A stretch of DNA of 64,000 nucleotides, from the NCBI GenBank assembly GCA_951406725.2, contig OX597832.1, positions 55,800,001 through 55,864,000 of the forward strand, read 5' to 3'. A program made the position numbers and the translations under genes. Of the stretch, positions 53,713 through 64,000 are shown one piece after another; position 1 is the first letter of the stretch, and the number at the start of each line of letters is the position of its first letter. Source of the stretch: Octopus vulgaris (lineage: Eukaryota). The notes under the pieces were generated by a model. That model searched no databases. It was given only the letters and a program-made list of their open reading frames with translations, and was not told the DNA's origin.

Positions 53713-54672
53713 GAGAGAGAGAGAGAGAGAGAAAGAAAGAGAGCGAAAGTGAGAGAGAGATAGATATGTGTGTGTTTGTGTGTGTATGTATGTATTTATG
53801 TATGAATGTATGTATGTATGTATATACATATATACATATGCATGTATTTCACTTACAGATAAAAATAAACAGTACATACACACTCACACACACACACACA
53901 CACATACACACACGTACACACACACATATATGTAAGCACAAATGTATGTATACATATGCATACATACTGAGAGGTATGTATGCATATTTTGTTGTTTTGT
54001 TGTTGAGTTTTTATTTTTACACAAACTCCACACTTGCTCACACATACCTCATACACATATACACATATATATATATATATATACACATATATATACACAG
54101 AACTTTCCGTGTATATCAGTGAACGATGAGACACAGGGACGCTGCTTCGCATGAATTTTCCCCCCCAACATCTTTCAGCCAATGAAAACATCACCTCTGC
54201 AGCGATAGATATTCAATGCGTATTCAACTAAGGACGATCTCGCCAGAAAATAGTTTCTCATTATCCAGCTATTCATTGTAAATGTCGTCACTTCAAACCT
54301 CTTCTCTCTCTCTCTCTCTCTCTCTCGCTCTCTCTCTCTCTCTTCTTCTGTCTGTCTGTTTATCTCTCTTCTTCTATCTGCCTGTCTCTCTTTCCTCTTA
54401 TCTTTTCCTCTTTTTATCTCCGCCACCATTTTTGGTTTTTTTTTTTTTGGTATAGTTATTTATATTATTTGACTATTTTTGTTTCTTTAGTTCCTTTCGT
54501 CTAAGTGTGATCCCTATGAATCATAGTAAACGAAGCAAAAGGGATTTTAGATAGGTTATTAGGTTTTATGTGTGTGTGTGCATATATATATATATATAGA
54601 TGTATGTATGTGTGTGTGTATGTATGCATATATGTACTATGTATATATATATATACACGTACACATACAAAT

Positions 54673-54709
<37 letters not shown>

Positions 54710-54949
54710 GATATATGCATATATGTATATGTAAATATATCTGTGTATAAGTATATGTATATATATATATAAACATATATAAGTACAAACATACACATAT
54801 ATGCATATTCATATACATACATACATTCATGCAAAGATACACACATGTTGTGTGTATGTGTGTGTGCGTGCTTAAATCAAAGAAATTCTATAAACGAGGG
54901 AATGTTTTTTTTTTCCTTACTCCACCGCCATCTCCTCTATCAGTGTACT

Positions 54950-55430
54950 CTTCCTTTGAGGTCTTTTCTCTAATGGAGTCGTGAAATCTTTGCAAGAATC
55001 GAAAAGAACACATTCGCAAAGTTTCTTTCCATCCAACCATCGGCCAAGTTCCATTCCGAGGATCGCAACGCGACCCCCATCTTTAACAAAATAGGGCAGA
55101 CGGTGTTCCTCTGTTTAATGGCTATAACAAAGGTGGTCGAGTGATGAAAGGACCGAGGAAAGCTACCTTCCTCATCAATCAAGCACTCATCGACTTTTTT
55201 TAATTTCACTTAGAGAGAAAATTGAGGGTGAAAAAGGAAGCGCTACTTCCCAGTGAATTTGATTAGGGTGAGTGAACTTGCTTTAAGCATGTGCTTGTAA
55301 GCTAGAATGCAACAGCTAGGCGAGGGTTTGTGCCCTTAGTGGTCAGGGCGATCCTGGATCTGTGGGGCGCCTAATTGACTCTGGCTGGAGGTTGTCCTGT
55401 TTCGGAAGGATTGCATCATTCACGTGTTCG
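54950..55430 (+). pseudogene. L1/Tx1-like LINE remnant
   Basis: VFLCLMAITK...NQALIDFF*FHLERKLRVKKEALLPSEF, similar to 48900-49050. Confidence 0.5.
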
Positions 55431-55442
55431 CTTACTTTATAT

Positions 55443-55659
55443 ACTCTTTTACTCTTCTACTTGTTTTAGCCATTTGACTGTAGCCATGCTGGAGCACCGC
55501 CTTTAGTCGAGCAAATCGACCCCAGGACTTATTCTTTGTGCGTCTAGCACTTTATTCTATCGGTCTCTTTTGCCGAACCGCTAATGTTTACGGGGACGTA
55601 AACAGACCACCATCGGTTGTCAAGCGATGTTGGGGGGACAAAGACAGACAGACAGACAG

Positions 55660-55714
<55 letters not shown>

Positions 55715-55886
55715 CGACGGGCTTCTTTCAGTTTCTGTCTTCCAAATCCACTCACAAGGCTTTGGTCGGCCCGAGGCTATAGTAGAAGACACTTGGCCAA
55801 GAAGATACTTGGCCACTTCAGTGGGACTGAACCCGGAACCATGTGGTTCGTAAGCAATCTACTTACCATACAGCCACTCCTACGCC
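55443..55886 (-). mobile_element. SINE family B
   Basis: Both arms plus internal microsatellite. Confidence 0.88.
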
Positions 55887-56059
55887 TGCCTACTGTGTAG
55901 GCTTTTTTCACCTTCTTCTCCCTATCTTCCCTTCACCTTTTATATAAACCCTCCACATAAATTATAAGCTCTTTGTAATGCTCTCCAGCACTTCACTCAA
56001 CGCTCCGGTGAGAAACAAAAGATCATCATCATCATCATCATCATCACTCTTAATAACAA

Positions 56060-58247
56060 CTAGACAACCCATGACCCGTTGGGTCACTGGCGGTTCAGGT
56101 TACGAAACATTGAAGCTGATTTCAACATTGCATAAAAATGAAAGTTGATTTTATGATGATTCAGTTAAATATTCCAATTCGTTCGAGTCATCATAGGTCT
56201 GGTTTACAAGTTCGTGTTTAAGGTTTTATTGATTATTTACGGCATCTCATAGAAAGAGAACTTCTGGGATAAATTAGAACTCCAGCAACAGCATTTTTAA
56301 TGGCATATGTGCACACTTCTACAAAAATGCAAAAGGAACCGTTATATAACGTAAACATAAAATTAATGGAAATAATTTTCCTATTTCAGAGTTATGTTAC
56401 TTTCGGATTACTTTCCCATTAAGCACCGTTTTGGCTATTTATGAAGGTACCCAAACCCCCCCGGATCTCGGGAATTCGCGGTCCGATTTACGCGAAACTT
56501 GTTTTATTCCGTTTGTATTTACATTTCAGGGGTAACTTACTTTTAGGGTATTTTCCCATTATGCACTGGTTTGGCTGTATTAAATTACAGACAAGCACGC
56601 AAGCAAGCAAGTACATAAACAAAACTGGCGTAAATATAAATGTATTTAACGGGTATTTTTCCCACTTTTAAAAACCATAGCCTTCGAAACGATGTGGGCG
56701 GGGAACACCTTCTGACAAACAAGTTTTAAAAAAAATTTTATACAACCGCCTCCTCCCACCTCATCATCCCACTCCGGATCGATTTTGGCAATTTTTTTTT
56801 TGCACTTCAAAACGATGGGAGGAGCCCTTTCTTTAAAAAGATATTTAAAAACTGTTAATATTTAAGGGAGATTTGGCAGTTGTTTCTAGCACATTCCATG
56901 ACAACCCTCCTCGTTTCTTTCTCACTCTCGAATGTATTGATGTTTTCAATATCTTTCTCCCCATAAATATATTTATATGCTATTAAAAAAATTGAAAAAT
57001 TATTACTTTTTGCAACCCCACTCCCTGTCCGCAATTGTTTCTGTTTACAAATTAAAATATTGGAGAGCTTGAGAAGGTCATTCTTGGCATTTATCCACAA
57101 TGGTATATAAACGATAATTCATTTTAATAGCATACTTTTGTGTTAGGAGATATTTTTTCTGACACGCACAGATAACTTCGCTTGATTGAGGTGGGGTTAA
57201 AAATTTAAATTACAATTTTTTTTTGTTGTTGCTTATATTCTGCCAGCAAACCATGCGTCTGTTACTTCGGCATCATCATTCCATAAAGTTTAATGGGAGA
57301 AAAATATTGAGAAAACATCAATATATGTGAGAGTGAAAACGGAGGGTGGTTTAAGATGTGCTAGAAACAACTGCCAAATATCCCTTGAATCGTACAGCTT
57401 TTCCTCGAATTTTTTATTTTTAAAATTTTTTACCGAAAAGGCTCCTTGCATGGTTTTTTTAGTTGTTAAAAAAATTGGCTAAAATCGGTCCGGAGTGGGA
57501 TGGTGAAGAATTTCAAAAAATTTTCAAAGACTTTTTTCATAAAAAAGATGTCCCCCATCATTTCGAAGGCTGTGGTGAAAGAAAAAATGTGAAAAATCCC
57601 TGTCAAAACAGAATTGTTCCAACTTAGTTGGTTTTCCTGATCCGAAACCCCGTTTTTTCGAAACTCCTCACTCCATCTCCTCGTAATCTTTAAAAGCGTA
57701 ATCCATGCCATTTGAAAGGCATTTGTATAGAATTTCATTAAAAGAAATTCATTTCCATGAAAGTTATGAAGAAAAAGTCGAATCGTGTGAATTTTCTGAA
57801 ATTCTTCTCTCTACCTGCTCGGAAAAAATTATTTCCAATAATTCCCTACATACTCTGAATTCACAACATCTAAGCGGTATTTGTTGGAAATTTTGTTTAA
57901 AAGTATCCATTTTTCTGGAAGTTATGAGGCAACAAAGTCGGTGGAGTACAGATCTGTAGCTTACCAATAAAACTATCAATCACAGGTGTTACAGTAAAGG
58001 GCAATAACTCCAGATTCCACCGCTTAAATTTGTGGATACAAACCCCACAAGCCCCCGCATCTCGGGAATCCGTGTTTTATTCCGTATGTACACACATAGT
58101 TTAATTCCGTTTGTATTCACGTTTCAGGGTACTATATTTTCAGAGTATTTTCTCATTATGCGCCGGTTCGGCTGTATTAAAACACAGACAATCACTCAAG
58201 CAAGCAATGAACCGCAAGCAAGCAAGCAATTACAGAGTTTTTATAGA
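56060..58247 (-). mobile_element. ~2.2-kb non-autonomous Helitron with internal direct and inverted repeats
   Basis: Minus strand starts A|TCTATAAAAA and ends gtgacccaacgggtcat hairpin...CTAG|T. Confidence 0.8.
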
Positions 58248-58410
58248 TAATAATAATAATCCTTTCCACTATAATCACCTACCATAAATAATAATAATAA
58301 TAATATTACTGCTGTTACTGCTGCTACTACTACTACTACTACTACTACTTGATATAGAACACCATGTTAATAGTTATATTACTACTATGATGATATAATA
58401 ATAATAATAA

Positions 58411-58445
<35 letters not shown>

Positions 58446-58491
58446 ACTAATAATAATAATAATAATAATAACAATAATAATAATAATGATG

Positions 58492-58550
<59 letters not shown>

Positions 58551-58829
58551 GTAATATAAAGAAAATGTCAAATGCTTCGGTGCTTGACTTTTGCCCTGTC
58601 ATGTATATGTATATATGTATTTCTCTATATAAACCTAACTCAGAGGCTGATTTGTTTTTAGTTAAAGAATTTTTAGGGTGAAAACACGAGAAAGAGTAAA
58701 AGAAAAAAACAAACAAAATTAAAAAGTCATTTGAAAAACCTCAATACAGAATAGTGACAAAGGTTGGGGCATATTGTTTTTAATGGTTTACTTCCAAATA
58801 AGGATTAAGGACTAAATGATAATAATAAA

Positions 58830-59080
58830 CGGATTCATTCTCTTGGGCTCTGGGACTTATAGGGACAGTTACCAAGTTTGCCTAACGAATGGCTGAGATC
58901 ACATAACTCCCTTTGAATAGGACGTTAGTCTACCCGAGGGCTACTCACTTGGGGCTGAATCAATTGAAGCAGCATGAGTATTTCGCTCAAGAACGCAACG
59001 CACCACCTGTTCCGGATATCTAAAACCACAATCTTGCGATCATTAGTGCAACACCTTTACCACGAGGCCATGTGCGTTCA
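58830..59080 (-). mobile_element. Degraded tRNA-derived SINE
   Basis: gctcaagaacgcaacgc...ccatgtgcgttcac resembles the head of 48290-48626. Confidence 0.6.
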
Positions 59081-60443
59081 CAAGTTTGAAACGGATGTGA
59101 GAAAAGTTATGAAATCGCGTTTCTCATTGACTGTTAATGTTTAACCATAGAATCATTCCTGATCAGGCATAGCTCTAATCGAATGTAGATCCGATCTTGA
59201 ACAAGGTATAACACCCCTTTTTTATATTTAAACATTGCTTTCTATCTTATAATTCATACTGTCATTCCTGGTTGACCTCTTAATAAAATCCCAATAATCA
59301 ATCATTTGTCAAGACACAAATATTGATTTTTCTAATGACGTCTGCTTTACGAAAAAAGACAGCTGTTAGATCGGAAAAAAAGATTAAAAGCAACACATCC
59401 ACAATCTGCCTTTTTGTGTATCTAGGACTACATTATCTTATGTGTCCTTGTTTTTCTAACACAGTAAGGTGTAAATTGAACTAGATTTCACAGCTAGTTT
59501 TAGCGGCTTCTTCATTGTCTGGCGCATTTAAGGAGCATTATTAGTGGTGATTCACAGATCTAAAATGGTGGCTAATATTTGTTTTCATTGGGAAACACTT
59601 AAAAGCTTCTAACACAGCTACTACAACTTACTTCAAACCGTCTCTCATCTAGAACCCAACTAGAATTAACACGTTTGTTATAGTAATCCGACAGATGCAG
59701 TGAATCGGCTGTTTTATACGATAATTAGTCAGAAAACAGGAAAATTTGAGATGAAAGAAAAAAATATATATATATAAAATAGTAGCAAAAAAAAAAACCC
59801 CCGACAACCAAAAAAAAAAAACAAAACCCAAAACAAAAAAAAAAACACGTACATACACACATAATCCCCCGAACACTAAGTGAGATTTAGTAGTAATCGA
59901 TCGACGAATCTACGTTGAATGATTTATTGGGAAAGCTTCCTTCGCCGCTGTTTATTGTACTCTAGAAGCGAAGCGGAAACCAGCGTCTGACGGCTAATAT
60001 TTCGATATCACTCAGTATGAAATAGCTTTCCACTGCGATAGCGCCATCAATAATTGAGCAAGACGTGTGACTTCATCAGCGACTTGCTCAATACGAACCG
60101 TAAGAGCGCCTCTCAGTCATGTCATTAAGTTCTTTATCGATTATAAATTCCCCATTTTCCATTTTGTCTCGGCTATTTGTCATACCTTAATTTATTGAAT
60201 AACGTTTTTCACACTTTTTTATAGATTTCGTTTCATACGTCCTTTTCGTTTATCATTATCTCTTATATCATTTGCATACCCAGTTATTCCTACCTCGCTC
60301 TAATTGGCTTCTAAATACAATTCCAATAAACGATTACTTACGAGAACGCGAGAGTATATTGGGTTTTTTCTAATGAAATCTATTTTGCGAAGAGCGCCAA
60401 GTTTGTCAGATCGAAAGAAAGAAATAACACGACCTATACGTGC

Positions 60444-61130
60444 ATGCATGCATACATACATGCATACACACATACATACGTACATAGATACATACAGACA
60501 TACGTACATACATATATACATACATACATGCATACATACATACATACATATATACATACATACATATATACATACATTCATACATACATACGTGCATACA
60601 TACATACATACATACATACATACATACTACATACATACATACATACATGCATACATACATACATACATAATACATACATACATGCATACATACATACATA
60701 CGTACGTACTTACATACATACATACATACATACGTACGTACTTACATACATACATACATACGTACGTACTTACATACAAACATACATACAAATACATGCA
60801 TGCTTACACACATACCTACGCACATACGTCCATATATATACACATATACAAACACACGCATGCATGCATACAATCATACATAGGCACATACGTATATACA
60901 AACGTACGTACTTATATACATACAAATACATGCATTCATACACACATACCTACGCGCATACGTATATACATACGTAGATACATACATGCAAATATATGCA
61001 TGCATACATACACACCTACGCACATACATACATACATACATACCTACATACATACACATACATACATACATACATACATACATACATACATACATACATA
61101 CATACATACATACATACATACATACATACA

Positions 61131-61160
<30 letters not shown>
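60444..61160. repeat. (TACA)n compound microsatellite
   Basis: Direct inspection; similar fields at 18465-18900 and 44200-44736. Confidence 0.97.
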
Positions 61161-61161
<1 letters not shown>

Positions 61162-61244
61162 GCACATATATGTCATATATGTATGTATGTGAGTTGTGTG
61201 TGTGTTTGTATATATGTGTGTATGTATATATATTGACTTATGTA

Positions 61245-61481
61245 AGTTGTTTCAGTTACTTGTTCCAGTAGGTAAGCCCCGGCCATGCTGGGGCACCGCC
61301 TCGACTTTTAGTCGAACGAAACTACCCTAGTACTTGTACTTATCATATCGGAGAATTTGTCGAACTGTTAAGTTACTGGGACGTAAACAGAGCAACACCG
61401 GTTGTCGAGCCGTGGTGGTAGACAAAGAAACACACATACGCGCGCACACGCACACACACGCACGCACACACACACACACGC

Positions 61482-61529
<48 letters not shown>

Positions 61530-61645
61530 TTTACCAAATCCACTTACAAGGTAAAAAAAACCCATTTTGCCTAAAATTCCACACTGTAACTGAACTTGGA
61601 GCCATGTGGTCCGGAAACAGACTTTTTTACCACATAACCACGCAT
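61245..61645 (-). mobile_element. Old, diverged SINE family B
   Basis: ggccatgctggggcaccgcc...(CA)n...ccaaatccact...ttaccacataacc. Confidence 0.7.
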
Positions 61646-61656
61646 GGGAAGAGAGA

Positions 61657-61714
<58 letters not shown>

Positions 61715-62105
61715 CCTGCATATTATTACGGACGACATTGTAAAACTGGAGTAATATCGGTCTTTAGATATTGAGAAAAATATCTTAATATATTAGAACT
61801 TTATTAAGTAATTAAGGAGATTAATTTTGGTGGTATATCTACATTAACCAAAGTAAGTTTCGAAAAAAACAAGTCGTAACTCTTTATATTCCCGGTTTTT
61901 ATTCTCACTTGTAGCTGTATTCTGTTGTTTATCAGAAATTCCGTGCCGAAACTGCCGGAATATGCACTCTCAAGCTGACGAGAGAGGACTGTGCGCGTTG
62001 CGCTTGTTTGATTTTTGCTGTACTTTTCACTCCTCCTATACTTATGGTGGGGCGTATGTATATATGTGTGTGTATGTGTATATGTCCATGTATTTGTTCG
62101 TGTGC

Positions 62106-62137
<32 letters not shown>

Positions 62138-62275
62138 ATATAGGTATTAGCGCATACCTGAAATATTATAACATAAATGTCCAGCCATGAACGTGTAGAG
62201 TAAAACTTTTCGCTTTAGTTATCTGTTATTACGTTCACCTTCCAAGATTGCTCTACATAAAAGCCTGTTACAATC

Positions 62276-62396
62276 CCCACCACCACCACCACCACCACAA
62301 CCACCACCACCACCACCACTACCACCACCACCACCACCACCACCACCACCACCACCACCACCACCACCACCACCACCACCACCACCACCACCACCG
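62276..62396. repeat. (CCA)n microsatellite
   Basis: Near-perfect trinucleotide run. Confidence 0.97.
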
Positions 62397-62867
62397 CTTT
62401 TTATAGTAAAACAATTTATATACAAATTTTTTTCCAGTAAATTTAAGCTTACTTTACACAAAAAGAAAAGAAAAACATTAAAATTATTAAAAAAACACCC
62501 TAATTACTCAACTGACCCTAGCATACTGTGTAGTCGACAAAATCAAAAACAAACAAAGCGCATGCGCGTAATTTAAAATATAAAATGGTAACAATTTACT
62601 AATATATATATATGTATGTGTGTGTATGTATACGTGTATGTATGTTTGTGTATCTGTGTTTATGTATGTGTGTGTATACATATGCACACATACACACATA
62701 TATATACGCATGTAGAGTTGAAGCTGTTTAGTGTGATCATTTTTGATAACAATAACCGGCTGGTAACTTTTAGTAAATAAGGAGCTTGTGAAGTACTTCG
62801 ATAACGATTATAAATTTCTATCGATAATCGTGACTATAATAAGCGTCAATCACAATACACACACACA

Positions 62868-62902
<35 letters not shown>

Positions 62903-62935
62903 GCACACACTCACACACACACACATACACACACA

Positions 62936-62996
62936 CGATTTTGGAAATCTTTACACTTACACCTAAAGATACGCAGACATAGACACACACAAGCAA

Positions 62997-63042
<46 letters not shown>

Positions 63043-63118
63043 ACACACACACTATTTGAAATCTTTACACTTACACCACGCACACATAGACACACACAAA
63101 CACACACACACACACCAC

Positions 63119-63165
<47 letters not shown>

Positions 63166-63323
63166 CACACACGGTTTTGGAGATCTTTACACTTACACCT
63201 AAAGATACGCAGACATAGACACACACGCACATACACACATACACACGCACACACACACATACACACACACGATTTTGGAAATCTTTACACTTACACCTAA
63301 AGATACGCAGACATAGACACACA

Positions 63324-63378
<55 letters not shown>

Positions 63379-63590
63379 ACATACACACACGATTTTGGAA
63401 ATCTTTACACTTACACCTAAAGATACGCAGACATAGACACACACAAACACACACACACACACCACACACACATATACACAAACACACACGCATACACACA
63501 CACACGTACATACACACACGATTTTGGAAATCTTTACACTTACACCTAAAGATACGCAGACATAGACACACACAAACACACACATACGAT
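62936..63590 (+). repeat. Minisatellite: ~50-bp constant core plus variable (CA)n, six units
   Basis: cgattttggaaatctttacacttacacctaaagatacgcagacatagac at ~62936, 63052 (partial), 63171, 63270, 63390, 63519. Confidence 0.93.
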
Positions 63591-63621
63591 GAATGTAATG
63601 CGCGCGCGTGTGTGTGTATGT

Positions 63622-63666
<45 letters not shown>

Positions 63667-63838
63667 TGCGTATGTATGTGTACATATTCGTGGTATAGAC
63701 TTCAGTGTTTTGACGTTGTCAATGGTTACGTACCGCCTCCGGTCGTCCGCCATGATGAAGTTCATCGATCTCTATCACGGCACAAACATAAATACACGGC
63801 GAACAGAAATAGTTTTATTTCGAGCGGACAGCAAAAAC

Positions 63839-63921
<83 letters not shown>

Positions 63922-64000
63922 GCACTCACACGCACACACACACACACGCATTCACACAAACACACACACACACACGCACACGAAGACACAAACGCACACA

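Noticed and set aside
60053-60092. Hairpin attgagcaagacg/cgacttgctcaat as a pre-miRNA
   Set aside because: The stem is only ~13 bp and does not extend; no known mature miRNA recognised.
62936-63590. CRISPR-like repeat/spacer pattern
   Set aside because: Spacers are CA microsatellite, there are no cas genes, and the context is eukaryotic.

Overview
Eukaryotic, AT-rich, almost entirely non-coding DNA with extreme microsatellite density ((TA)n, (CA)n, (TACA)n, (TAA)n, (GTA)n). The repeat families look like those of coleoid cephalopods, probably Octopus (inference, no database search). Nearly all ORFs in the track are microsatellite artefacts. Supported content: (1) a 5'-truncated R4/Dong-type RLE non-LTR retrotransposon in a (TAA)n tract with one in-frame stop, plus two other RLE fragments; (2) two decayed RTE LINEs and two L1/Tx1-like remnants; (3) an internally deleted mariner, a mariner MITE and hAT-type MITEs; (4) five non-autonomous Helitrons; (5) many tRNA-derived SINEs of at least three families; (6) local duplications; (7) two weak candidate host exons near 19 kb and 22 kb. 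The most interesting signal is a set of type-I hammerhead ribozyme motifs of the kind associated with Penelope-like elements (PLEs), in short elements mostly lodged in microsatellites. One of them is a TSD-bounded element that joins a tRNA-type Pol III head to a hammerhead and has a PLE-like 5' inversion (41641-41982). Coordinates and alignments were read by eye and may be off by a few bases.
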